A program made the translations under genes and the position numbers. Below, in pieces: positions 49,800 through 61,858 of a DNA stretch of 64,000 nucleotides (positions within the stretch are counted from its first letter, which is position 1; each line of letters begins with the position of its first letter). The DNA comes from Basidiobolus meristosporus CBS 931.73 (Eukaryota; Fungi; Basidiobolomycota). The DNA lies in contig MCFE01000477.1 of NCBI GenBank assembly GCA_002104905.1, forward strand, positions 4,475-68,474, given 5' to 3'. The notes beneath the pieces are model-generated. The model had not been told where the DNA came from, ran no database searches, and saw only the letters and a program-made list of their open reading frames with translations.

Positions 49800-50180
49800 A
49801 CCTTGGTATAGTTTTCAGAGAAGCTACAGATGAAATATCAATGCCATAGAATTCCCTCCTCCACGTCTAATCATGCAATACTTCAATACAACACTAGACC
49901 AGAGACCCAGCGTAACATTGGAGAGAATGCTGGTATCTATTATCATTCCCTCATTCAATATCCAATTGCTTCTAAATTACCAAGTATTCATTTATTGCTG
50001 GCTTATTATTTCAAATCAAACCACAGGAGTGCTTGATATCCTGAATGGTATAACGACCTACCTACCAAAGGAGAACCACTTGTTAACTCCAAACCACACT
50101 GATGAAAGCAATGAAGAGCGGGATCGAAAACAATATATACCCACTATATACCCTTCATATACCCAGCATATATCCATATA
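49800..50180 (+). pseudogene. Degraded third CAP paralogue
   Basis: 49800-49885 matches the CAP promoter (GAAGCTACAGATG..AAATAT..CCCTCCTCCA.GTCTAA); NIGENA remnant at ~49915; 50105-50180 matches the CAP1 stop codon and 3' flank. Confidence 0.65.
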
Positions 50181-50773
50181 TGTGCAATACAGAGCGAGGT
50201 TGCAAAGAATAGAAGCGAGCATACAAGAAAGCAACTAGAAATGTTTACCCAAAATATATCCACTCACTCACCGTATAGAGTTATGCACTACCAACCAGAA
50301 ATCAATAAACGACCATACAACCCTAGTTCCATCAGAAAACAGCCGAAATTTCAACAGGCCAAGCAAAGAGTGGGGATTTGACCAACTAAGGGAGCAATTC
50401 TCTCCGGGATTCACAGTGAGGAAGGTATTCCACTTCCGGACTGCAACGGGTCTTTGCAAAAAACTACTTCGTTAAGTAAACTCGGCCTGCGTAACACTAA
50501 AACTGAGTCCATGATACGATGTTACGTTCCTAAAGTCAACTTTCAGGATTTGCTACTCGATAATTCTCAAAGTCCGTCTAAAAAGTTGACCTTCTTCAAC
50601 TCTTGGGCTACGAACCTCCCCAGCAGTGAATCGTAGCTGTCCAAATGAATAAACCCCTTTGGGGCTTCTTTCTCTTTTTTTATTGATAGTAAAATATGCA
50701 ACAATATTTCATCAGTGATTCCACTAGCTTGAGTCTGTCTTACTATTGTATATCTTTAAGTGTGTTTCCACGT

Positions 50774-52617
50774 TGTTACGAAATAAAAATATACTACCGT
50801 AGAAACAGCCCACGTAAAGAAGAATCCATGCACGTACAATTATGAAACTTGGCAGCAATGCAGCATCACCAATTCCAAAGACATGTACCAGGTTTCAAAA
50901 GCACACTGTCACTACTTGTGACACAACCAAACTATTAACAAACACTTTATTTACTCCAAAACTACTTTGACCCGTAACATAAAATTTACACCATATATAG
51001 CCAAGTGACTAAACCTTAATGCTACAAAGTTTCAAAGACAGAGCTTAACTAGTGGCCAAGATACAAGCGATCGGAAATCATGCTACGATCCCACGCAAGC
51101 CCACAAGATAGTGTTTCAAACTAATAACTATAAAAAGTGAACACTTACCTTTAATAAAGGCAGTCGATTTTCACAGTCCGAAATCGGTCGAATCAACCAA
51201 TCAGAGTTTATCACTCCGATCTGCGTTTTTAGGACATAACATTTGGTAGCAGCGATACATTATCACTGGTAGAAGTCATTAAGAAAACATGCCCACAGAT
51301 GAATCTACTACTTGGCAACACACCTTGGAAGGTATCCTTCAGGCACAGCTAACACTGTGTACCGAAATGAAGAACCAAATGAACAGGCAAGATGCCAGAA
51401 TCCCTATACATCTAAATAGTTATAGTGGTAAAACTGGAGAGAATATAACTGCCTGGATTGTACAAGTGGAACAGGTGTTCCAAGCAAAGAATGTCACGGA
51501 TGACAACAAGAAAATAGCCATCATAGGAAGTTACTTACAAGGCAGAGCTCAATCATGGTACCAAGGGAAGTTACTACAAGCAAATGCAAGCAACACTTGT
51601 GCTTTCCCCAGTTGGGACTCCTTTAAAACCGAAATCAGAAGCTTCTTCCTCCCCCCAAACTTTCAAGGAACGCTAAGAATTGAGCTAGAAAATCTCAAAC
51701 AGAAAAATAGTGTATTGGAGTATGTACAAAACTTCAAGAACATCCTTGCACAAGTTCTAGAAATGGCAGAAGGAGATAAGATACACTACTTCTTAAAAGG
51801 TCTCAAGGGAAGAACAAAAGCAGAAGTAAGCTACAAGTTCCCCACAACCATAGAAGCAGCAATACACTATGCCATTACCTATGACTCTATACGGGCGACC
51901 AATCCACACTTTTACCAGACATCCTCCCAGAAGAATCAGCACAACCGGCCAGACCACTCGCAGAATACCTCCGAAGGCCCCACTCCCATGGAATTAGACC
52001 ACATACAGCAGACAGAAGACCCTAGCAGCTCAAAAACACGGTACAGGTGTCACTACTGTAGAAAACCTGGTCACTTCATCAAAGATTGTAGAAAAAGACA
52101 AAGAAATCAGAAAGAAAAATATGAAGGAACTGCCCGTAAGGACCCACCAGAGCACTCCCAAGCAAATCTAATGGATCAGCCAGGCGCACTGGGAAGCTAT
52201 GACCATGACTACATCCAAGCTAATGAAACCTTATATTTGGCCAAGTCAATGACAGCACAAACACAAAACCAATCCACTCCGCTAGTATATCTACCAGTAA
52301 AGATAAAAGGAAGATTATACACAGCCCTTGTGGACTCGGGTGCTACTCACACTTACATTGCCCAAAGAATAGTTAAGGAACTGCAACTCAGGACCACAAG
52401 AATCCCTCCTAAAGCAACCACCATAGCCAACCGAAGCACCATATCCATAGAAGAACAATGTTCAGAACTCCTGGTGGAACTAGGCAACCTTCAAGAAACC
52501 TTACAACCATTAGTCTTCCCTCAAGCCAACTTTGACCTAATATTGGGCAAACCCTGGCATTGGAAACATAATCCCCAGATAGACTGGCGCACAAATGAAG
52601 TGCAGACTATTGTAAGA
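50774..52617 (+). mobile_element. Truncated Ty3/Gypsy element: 5' LTR 50774-51241, PBS, gag-protease; ends 10 bp before a tRNA gene
   Basis: TGTTA...TAACA LTR; PBS TGGTAGCAGCG (51244-51254, tRNA-iMet-like by inference); CHYCRKPGHFIKDC; LVDSGA; last 15 bp CAGACTATTGTAAGA match the end of the 55167 LTR. Confidence 0.85.
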
Positions 52618-52627
52618 CCTACGAAGA

Positions 52628-52699
52628 GCCTGCTTAGCGCAGTGGTAGCGCGTCAGTCTCGTAAACTGAAGGTCGCCAGTTCAATCCTGGCAGTAGGCA
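52628..52699 (+). tRNA. tRNA with CGT anticodon (Thr) on an elongator-tRNA-Met-like body, copy 1
   Basis: Acceptor stem GCCTGCT/AGTAGGC; anticodon arm TCAGT-CTCGTAA-ACTGA; T arm GCCAG-TTCAATC-CTGGC; T-run terminator. Confidence 0.92.
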
Positions 52700-54093
52700 A
52701 TTTTTCTTTCCAAATTGAATGTCGACCCTTGATATAGTTGGCTATGCCTGAATTTTCGTATCCGAAAGCTCACTCCAAAAGTGAAGAACGCGGGAAAGGT
52801 GTGTTAGTAGAGTCCCCATTTTTATCTTCAACTGCATCGAAGTTGCATTTACTAAATCACCAGGCACGCTATGATGTACAGAAGTCAGACACTGGTACAA
52901 GCTTGCTTTGTGGGACGAAAACCAATTCCAACCAGACGATCCATTTTTTTTGATGAAAAATTTTCACCCTGGAAAGTATAAATACGGCACTTGTGGGTGG
53001 GTGATTCCTCACGACTGTACTTTACAGGATTATGTATATAGTACATTCCCAGTCTATGTTTCCCAACAAAGACACTAATACCAAGCTGGTAGATGAGATG
53101 TAGTGCGCTGTCCGTAAAGGGAAGTGTGAGTAGCGACCGATCGGTCCTTCGGGACCATAGGACCTACTCAGTTGATGAACTTGCCGGTTGATTATTCCAA
53201 CAGCCTGGCGAGGACGGTTTGCACATTCTGACAGCTTGTTATTACTCATTTCCCATTCAATACCTCGACATTCAAATATACCAAAAGAATATGCCTTGTC
53301 TATAGCGCATATGGATGCAATGCAATATCAATGGAACCTTTATTGATGCGGTGAACACAGGACTAGATGTTGCTACAAAGTCCTCAGTTGATATATAACG
53401 AGCTGAATTGGCAATTTTGATTGCACATCAGGAATAGTTGGTGCTATACCTTAATACAAGGAAAACGCAGAAAGGCAAGGTCCGGAAGTTTTAAGCGGCC
53501 AATGCAGCCTCATAGTTTTAAAGAGACGTTATATATGTTAATAGCTTCGCAGGTTATCACATAGACACAATGTGGTAGTTTAAGTGTTGTGGCTGCTACC
53601 TGGAAGTACATCCAAGCTGATATTTTCGTTAGTGTTGTTCTACCGTTTGTATGGGATGATTTTGATATACTTCCTTCTGGTCAATGATCTATATCACAAC
53701 TCGCTTATTCGTCTTGTAGAAACAAGGTGATATATATTTGTGAGGGCTGGTTACCCAGCTCCCCCTATTTGAGGTTTCCTCAGTCTAATACTCTACCTCA
53801 GTTAGGTTTTAACTTCGTAGCAATATGTTATATTCTGGTCCGTCAAATATTTAAAAGGGACCTGTTTATTGCAAGTTGCTTCGTTCATTTATACTTTTGA
53901 CATGTTTGATAGTCATATTATTTTATCCTAAAGCAGTGCGGCTTTGTTATTCTCATCGAGTCGTGGTAGTGCTAAATTTGTGTGGTACTGGACCCTTATC
54001 TAGATGGTTATATGGCGTTGTCTCAGATTATCCTTCATGTGATCTGTGCATGTTTCGCTTCTAAGCTTTGATGCATGTTTATCTTTGAACAAC

Positions 54094-54318
54094 TGTTATG
54101 ATATTCAGGTCCGGTTCTCTCACTTTTGTGGTGTAACAAGGTCTGTCTTTATTTTTAGCGCTGGATCTGCTTTGAACACAATTCCCGATTGCTTGCATAG
54201 ACTATTGTCTCAAGTTTGCCCAACAGTGAGCATATATTGAAACATCATCACACGGTGACATGACTATATATGTCGTGATCATCTGTATGTTCTGGTCGGC
54301 TTTCAGGCTATTGTAGTA
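54094..54318 (+). repeat. ~225-bp solo LTR (type C) upstream of tRNA-Leu
   Basis: Colinear with 55167-55391; flanked by an (A)CAAC repeat; right end slightly degenerate. Confidence 0.75.
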
Positions 54319-54326
54319 ACAACAAT

Positions 54327-54552
54327 TGTTATGAAATCCAGGCCAGTTCCCGTCCTTCTGTTTGGTGTAACAAGGTCTGTCCTTTATTTTAGCGTAGGAT
54401 CTACTTTTTATACATTTCTCGATCATTTGCATACAACTTGTCTTACTTTAGCCCATCTGTCTTTGATCATCTTTGATGATTTTTGGTGTTGACGCATCTC
54501 TATATGCGACAACTTGCTGCCTGTTCTGGTCGGGATTCAGACTTTCATAACA
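54327..54552 (+). repeat. 226-bp solo LTR (type A), 9 bp upstream of tRNA-Leu
   Basis: 10-bp terminal inverted repeat TGTTATGAAA/TTTCATAACA; TSD CAAT. Confidence 0.9.
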
Positions 54553-54561
54553 CAATAAATT

Positions 54562-54643
54562 GGTGAGATGGCCGAGTGGTCTAAGGCGCTGCGTTCAGGT
54601 CGCAGTCTCTCCGGAGGCGTGGGTTCGAACCCCACTCTCATCA
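54562..54643 (+). tRNA. tRNA-Leu(CAG)
   Basis: GGTGAGA/TCTCATC acceptor stem; CTGCG-TTCAGGT-CGCAG anticodon arm; long variable arm; GTTCGAAC. Confidence 0.95.
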
Positions 54644-55166
54644 TAATCTTTTGGTTGAACGATGATGTATTTTGGGTTGTGTAGCTATTGTATTTGCCCT
54701 GCTCTAATGATAAGGACCGGTGTATCTTCCAATTGATGCATAGGATGAAAGCATGTAATGTATATAGTCCTGATATACACAAATATTAAATTTTGATCAC
54801 CCACTTGAATACAAAGCGCAATGATACCGTTTTGCACTTAAGACAGTTCATCTATATCTACATGAAATATAGTAGCTCTTATTGTTTGTATTTTATGATT
54901 GCTAGCCTGAATATTGCCGAATGCCTATGTCGTGGTTAGGTCATCAGCATCTTCAAACCATCACAGCCGGAGACCTACCCCAGAACCATCCGTCGAGTAT
55001 TACTAAAATTGGGCAAAATGGCTAAGACATGCATATAGCAAATGTAGTTCACCAAAGTATAAATTAGCAAAACACGTTAGAAAATAAAGTAGTTTTTCCT
55101 TCCGGCCTCGACCTTTGAACACCAATCTCTGGCTAGCACCCTTGGCAGTACATACTACGACACCTA

Positions 55167-55391
55167 TGTTATGATACTCAGGTCCGGTTCTCCTAGTTTT
55201 CTGGTGTAACAAGGTCTGTCTTTATTTTTAGCGCTGGATCTGCTTTGAACATAATTCCCGATTGCTTGCATAGACTGTTGTCTTAAGTTTGCCCAACAGC
55301 AAGCATATATTGAAACATCATCACACGGTGACATTACTATATATGTCGTGATCATCTGTATGTTCCGGTCAGCTTTCAGACTATTGTAACA
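55167..55391 (+). repeat. 225-bp solo LTR (type C)
   Basis: TGTTA...TAACA; TSD CCTA. Confidence 0.88.
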
Positions 55392-55396
55392 CCTAC

Positions 55397-55723
55397 TGTT
55401 ACGTACTTAAAGAGTAATGTTCTTTAGAGAGTACAAAACTAGATAACGTGTAGGTTATCTTGTAGATTCGACAGGGTAGTGTAAGAATATCTCTTAAAAG
55501 GTTAGAGTGGTGACTTTGTAGAAATATATTCAAGCTAATATTCGTTTCTACTACGCTTTTCTGCTTATAACCCAAAAACTTCCCTTTATTTGATTGCTTG
55601 TTTGGTATTTATACCTTATTGTGAGTCTGGTGATTTGTCTTTGATTTGCTTTTCCCTGGCTACTAAGTCGTCTTTGTATGCGTTGATATCACTTAACATC
55701 AACTGACTCCTTACTCTGTAACA
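55397..55723. repeat. 327-bp solo LTR (type B)
   Basis: TGTTAC...GTAACA; TSD CTAC recoverable once the type-A insert is removed. Confidence 0.8.
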
Positions 55724-55725
55724 CT

Positions 55726-55951
55726 TGTTATGAAAGTCTGAATCCCGACCAGAACAAGCAGCAAGTTGTCGCATATAGAGATGCGTCAACACCAAAAATC
55801 ATCAAAGATGATCAAAGACTGATGGGCTAAAGGAAGACAAGTTGTATGCAAATGATCGAGAAATGTATAAAAAGTAGATCCTACGCTAAAATAAAGGAGA
55901 GACCTTGTTACACCAAACAGAAGGACAGCAACTGGCCTGGATTTCATAACA
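55726..55951 (-). repeat. 226-bp solo LTR (type A, inverted), 11 bp upstream of tRNA
   Basis: Reverse complement of 54327-54552; TSD CACT. Confidence 0.9.
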
Positions 55952-55962
55952 CACTACCAAGA

Positions 55963-56034
55963 GCCTGCTTAGCGCAGTGGTAGCGCGTCAGTCTCGTAAA
56001 CTGAAGGTCGCCAGTTCAATCCTGGCAGTAGGCA
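55963..56034 (+). tRNA. tRNA with CGT anticodon (Thr) on a Met-like body, copy 2
   Basis: Identical to 52628-52699, with similar 3' flank for ~40 bp. Confidence 0.92.
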
Positions 56035-56503
56035 ATTTTTTTTACCAAATTGAATGTCGACCCTAGATATCGATGGTAATACCAAATCACGCACACTTAT
56101 TTAGCAAATGACAGTAACATCCGTAACCAATAGATGCTAACTACAGAGTAAACTGCCTGCGCTGATAAATTAACCAGTTGTCCGAGTGAAGTGGGATTAG
56201 TCGCAATCCAAATATGGGAAAGATCTAACCAGGAATTTCATTTTGGTCTTCCAATTCACTGAAGTTCCCTTGGACTGGAGGGTGCTAGCCAATACACTTA
56301 CAAGGTATGCTGATTCGACTGTTCCAATGATAAGGAGAACTTCCCCGCCTTCAAGGACCAGAAGGCCTGGACCGGGGGTAAATTCTGCGATGGAATCGAT
56401 CCACCAAATCCTTGGTAAAGTTGGCATCGAAGCCACAGATGTATGAAATATAAATCCCTCGGAACTCCCTCCTCCATGTCTAACCATACAACACTCTACC
56501 GCA

Positions 56504-56977
56504 ATGAAGCTTCTATCTCTAATCGTGACTGCCTTCACTTTCGCCGGGGTAGCCTTCGCCTTTGACCCGAACACTCTCCTCGCACTCGTGAATCAGCAAC
56601 GAGCTCTGGTCGGCGCCCCGGCTCTCACCATCGACCCAAGACTCACCTTGGCTGCCGAAAGACACACTCTGTATCAGGTCACCGTGCATGAGATGACCCA
56701 TGACGAGCCGAACACGACACTGGGTCAGAGAATCGGTGCCACAGGCTACCCCTGGAGCAACATTGGGGAGAATGTTGCAGCGGGGTATGGGGATGCGGTA
56801 TCGGTGATGAACGCCTGGATGAACTCCCCAGAGCATCGCCGCAACATATTGGACCCCATCTTCACCCAGACTGGCATCGCCTACGACCCCCAAGGCAGCT
56901 ACTGGACTCAGGACTTCGGCCGGCCTATGATGATGCGCAAAAGGTCACCGAAATTTGTTGGAAGCAGAAAGCAATGA
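56504..56977 (+). CDS. Secreted CAP/SCP protein, copy 2
   Basis: Differs from copy 1 by 2 aa (S>G, R>S); ~130 bp of promoter also nearly identical. Confidence 0.92.
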   Translation: MKLLSLIVTAFTFAGVAFAFDPNTLLALVNQQRALVGAPALTIDPRLTLAAERHTLYQVTVHEMTHDEPNTTLGQRIGATGYPWSNIGENVAAGYGDAVSVMNAWMNSPEHRRNILDPIFTQTGIAYDPQGSYWTQDFGRPMMMRKRSPKFVGSRKQ

Positions 56978-58654
56978 AGTGAGACATCGGTCCAATCCAA
57001 TAGAAATGCATACCCACTATATACCCCATACCGATCGAGTAGCGCAATACCGTAGTAAATAGAAATCTAAATCATTTAATAAACGAGTGAGATCAGCAAG
57101 CACGGGCAATTTCTCTTGAATACCACACCCCAGTGCTGGCATCATTAAAAGGACCTTCTATGTTCACAATGTCCATGTTGGAAGCGCAGAGGCCACTTTA
57201 GAGAGGATAAGACAAACAAGACCCTTTTCAGTTTACACCAAAAGCATATTAAGAAACAGTGGTAGATAAGTAGCTCCACAGAGGGCAGATGGCCAGTTTA
57301 GTATGCAAAACTGGCTTACCATTGATCAGAAGTACACCAAGTCCATCAATCCCGTATGATTGCCTATAAATGTTCATTGGTGGCATCAGCATTAATGGCA
57401 ATTCCTTACACCTATCCACTACTTGATTCAGTAACAATACAATGTCTAAATAGACAAATTCCCAGGTAAAGAAATACTTATAGGAACGTCCTAGTCATAA
57501 GAAAACGAAGATCACTGTGATAAGAATGGTGCAGTGGTGTGCTAAAATTTTCAAGACAGCAGTTACAAATCGAAGAACTAAAATCACTGCAATGGTGGCA
57601 ACATAACTGAAAACAATATCAAACATATACAATATTGCATTGTCAGTTGGCACTTTTGCACCAAGGCCTAGCAACCTTCCACTCATTACCAATAGGTCAG
57701 ACCCATACTTGTGAGTGAAATGTTAACTCAGCCTCCATTCAAAACGAAAGCAATTTAACGTTAATATAAGTGAAATGATCCAGCTAATGTGCATTGCATC
57801 TGACAGACTATTCAGCATAGCTTTTGGTACCAGTATATTATTGTAATACATATCATGCTTTACCGTTAGTAAGGAGTACATTGTTGTGTTGCTCATTTCT
57901 ATTCTTTGCGGTGCTACCAGGATACCTTGATGCACTATGCAGGATATGCGCTTCGCAACGAATACTTGGCTGTGGGAATTGAAAGAGTACACAGCATAAA
58001 TACTACATGAAGCTTTATTAGGGTAGTATCATTTACAAGGACGAAACAATTACGCATCAGTATCCAACCTTTTTGGTTGACAGTGCAAATACGTGAGCAT
58101 GGCCTTTGATGCCTTTTTGGTAGGGATGGACGTCATAGACCTCTTTAGCTGTAGGGAACTCTACGTAGGCAATCTCTTTGGTGGGATCAAGATCCACCGA
58201 GGTGATGTAAATTCGAACATCACCACCATTAGTTGCAGCCAATCCATTGATTACAGTGTAGCACGCCACCTTACTGCTTTTATCAGCATTGTGGGCCGCA
58301 GGAAGCATTGAAGGAATATGAAGACATACGTTGATCCATCAGAATATGGGCGTGAAACTGCTAGGCTTGATCAAATCAATGAGCTAGACTTTCGATACAG
58401 TAAGGGTAAAGTAGGGGTGAATCTAGCGCGTTTCAATCAGGTTATGCCTGTTCCACGTTCCACTCCTTGTTCCTGGTGTTGGACTTGGAGTGGAAGACGA
58501 CCTTATCGTTGTTGCGCCTGGTCCGCTTCAGGATCTTCTCCATGGGCCTGTTCTCTGTGATATCAATGGTGTGGTACCCGATGTTGGTAAACCGCCCCCT
58601 TTTAACAGACAACCCACTAAAGATCAGAGGATTACTTTGCTTGTAGCCCGTAGT

Positions 58655-59429
58655 TGAGTGGGAGTGTTGTAAATTTTGTTCACCTAGACCATATCTCACA
58701 GGATTTACTATTTCGCAGTTAACTTCCTCTTAGGGCCTTACTTGACAGCACCCTCATAAGAATATCCAACCCCATGTTTCTTGCCAAATGTTGTAGTTAT
58801 TTTGGAGATGATGGAAGTGGCTGGGAGAGCATTAGATTGTAATTTTTATCTAATTGTGTATTGAATGTGTGATATCTATACTTGGAGGTGACCTGGGCAG
58901 CTCTGAGAAGTCCCAAAAACATGTATGCAAAGTCCGGTGACCTTCAGGCAACAAATTGCATTCTTGTATCCTTGTACTTGACCCTAAGAGAAAAAAATTA
59001 AGAAAAGGCCAGCAGAATGCTGTTGTAATATCAGCTGAATTTCAAGTTTTTCAAAGCTGTCAATTCTCAATATCTTAGGTACTAACTGTGGGGTAAACAA
59101 GCTGATATAGTTGACCAAGGAGACTAGGCTGTCATGCATTACTACCAAACTTTGTAATCAGCTGCTCACCACTTCCACCAAAAATTGCAACTGAAAACTT
59201 AAAGGGGATTCACCAGCTGTATACCAGCAAAATGTTGTAAAATTTGCAATTACACCTAAATATCCACCCAACTCAGTCACTTAGATCATTACCTACAAAT
59301 ATTAGAGAATTCTGACCAAATTCCTTGTTGGAATTTACTTGGAATATTTTCACCACTGTATCAGGTACCCAAAACATGACATTTACTAAATTGTCCAAAC
59401 AGCCACAAACATTGCACACATGCTCTTGG
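58655..59429. repeat. Stack of Copia LTR fragments in both orientations
   Basis: PPT+TGTTGTA at ~58655, inverted LTR end at ~58790, further TGTTGTA starts at ~59020 and ~59233. Confidence 0.65.
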
Positions 59430-61858
59430 TGTTGTAAAAATTTATATTTCCACCTAAATATTCACCTAACTTAGTCACTTAGATCATTACCTTCATATCC
59501 TAGAGAATACTGACCAAAATCCTTGTTGGGATTTACTTAGAATATTTTCACCAAAATACCAGGTACCCAGAACATGAAAATTCTCGAAGTTGTCCAAACA
59601 GCCCCAACCTTGCACACATGCTCTTGGGACCTTCCTTAACCTATTCTACGTGTTTGTTATGCCAAGACCAGGTAAAAGTATAAATACTACTTTTACATTC
59701 AATAAATCATTACGTGAAAACCACATAGTCTACTTGTCCTCCCAATCACTTCCCATATCTCCAAGACTCTTACAACAGGTTATGAGCCCCAAGCTGTCAC
59801 TCTCTGCAATGTCTACTACTGCTATTACTGGAATTTTTCCCTCTGCTGAAAAGTTGGATGGATCTAACCACCAAGTATGGAAGGTGAAGATGAAGATGCT
59901 GCTACAAGAAAGAGGCCTTTGGGATATTGTCATGGGAGAAGAATGCCCCCCTAAAAATGTGGGAGAGGAAGCCTTAAAGTACCAGAAGAAAGAACAAAGT
60001 GCCTTTAACTGCATTTGCCTTAATGTCAAGGACAAATTGCTAATTCAATGCTCAAGAGCAAAAATGGCAAAGAATGCCTGGAAAGCATTAGAAGACACCT
60101 ACCAGTCATGTTCAGCTGCCAAGAAGATGTATCTAAGACGAAAATTCTTTACTACAAAGATGCTGCCAGGAGAAGAAATGAAAAATCTAATTATCAGAAT
60201 TACCCTGCAGGTAGATGAGATGGAATCTGTGGGTGTACCAACTACTGATGAAGATGTGATAGTTACCATCCTGAATAGCCTGACAGACAAGTTTCAGGGC
60301 CTTGTATCAGCCCTAGAGTCCAGAACTGAAGATTTGACCTTAATTTACATATATGGAAGGCTCCTGGATGAAGAATTAAGAAAATCAAGTGCTAATAAGA
60401 AGGAAGAAGAAAATGCTTGAATAAGCAATGATAACCAACAAAGGAGGTACCCAAGACCCTACAAAGGCAACAGCAACCTGTTTTGCAACTACTGCAAAAG
60501 GAAAGGACACACATTGGACCGGTGTCTCAAAAAGAGAGATTATCAGCAAAAGAAGACTGAATATGGAAATGCTGCAACAACTGAAGATAGACTATTCATA
60601 TCTGCACTAAATATGACCACAAACAAGGATTCTCAGATGTGGTATATTGACTCTGGAGCTTCTCAACACTTTACACACCAAAAAGAACTTTTTACCCAAT
60701 ATCAAGAAATTCCAATTAAGAAGGTTTTCATGGGTGATGATAGAGCACTTCATGCAGTGGGAGAAGGAACTATCCAAGTTAACATTAGAAGCAGTGAAGG
60801 AAGCCATACACTGACCTTTAAAGAAGAACTCTATGTACCAGAAATAGTCAAGAACCTACTCTCTGTAAGCAAGGCCACAGCAGAAGGCTCAGTTTCAGTT
60901 TTGACAATTCTGGATGCAGGATCACTGATCAATATGGTGCCCATATTGCTTTGGGCATCAGAGACCAGAACCTATACAAGTTGACTTATATTCCATCATA
61001 TTTGGAAGCCAATATAAGTAACTTAAATGGAGAAACACTAATGCTTTGGCACAGGAGATTTGGGCACATCAATTTTGATTATTTGCGTAAAATGATCAAA
61101 GATCAGCTAATTTCTGGATTGAAAATTGATCCCCAGCTAATTTGGAGCACTGTGAAGCCTGCATATATGGGAAACAAGCCAGACAACCGTTCAAGAGCTC
61201 TGGATTAATCAAAACTAAGAAAAAATTACATCTAATTTACCCAGATCTGTGTGGACCTATGCAAAATTTATCCTTAGGCGAGATGAAGTATTTAATCACT
61301 TTTATTGAGGATTATACAAGATACACATGTGTCTGCTTTGTGGAGAGAAAGGAAGAAGCTCTGTCTAAGCTCAGGGAGCTTAAAGCCATGGTGGAGAGAG
61401 AAACTGGTGAAAAAATCAAGAAAATATGCTCTGACAATGGTGGAGAATATACCTCAAAACTCCTCATCCACTTCTGCAAAATTCATAGGATAAATCAAAA
61501 GACTACTGTACCATACTCCACACAGCAAAATGGAGTAGCAGAACAAGCTAACAGATCAATAATTGATATGGCAAGATCTATGATCCATGATCAAAAATTA
61601 TCCTATGATTTTTGGGCAGAATCAGTTGCCACTGCTGTATACCTGAAAAATAGGAGTTATAAAAGAATACCTCAAGATTCTACTCCATTTGAAGCATGGT
61701 ATGGATACAGACCAAGTGCAGAACATCTAAGAATATTTGGGTGTACAGCATATGCCAAAAGACTGGCTGGAAATCAGTCAAAATTTGAGCCAAAAAGTGT
61801 AAAATGCATATTTTTGGGCCACTGCAATGAGAGTAAGGCATACAGACTCTACAATACC
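59430..61858 (+). mobile_element. Copia element (5' LTR 59430-59777, PBS, gag, protease, integrase) cut off inside integrase
   Basis: PBS GGTTATGAGCCC; CNYCKRKGHTLDRC; WYIDSGASQH; SDNGGEY; similarity to 24880 stops at TACAATACC; no RT, PPT or 3' LTR. Confidence 0.93.

Noticed and set aside
52618-52737. C-terminal extension of the 482-aa ORF (…TKSLLSAVVARQSRKLK…)
   Set aside because: The truncated protease frame simply reads through the tRNA gene; not a real fusion.
53170-53235. Possible C/D-box snoRNA (TGATGA…CTGA)
   Set aside because: No terminal stem and no rRNA-complementary guide that I could identify.
57200-58600. Fragmentary minus-strand ORFs, possibly a decayed gene
   Set aside because: Many stops and no diagnostic motif; family cannot be supported.
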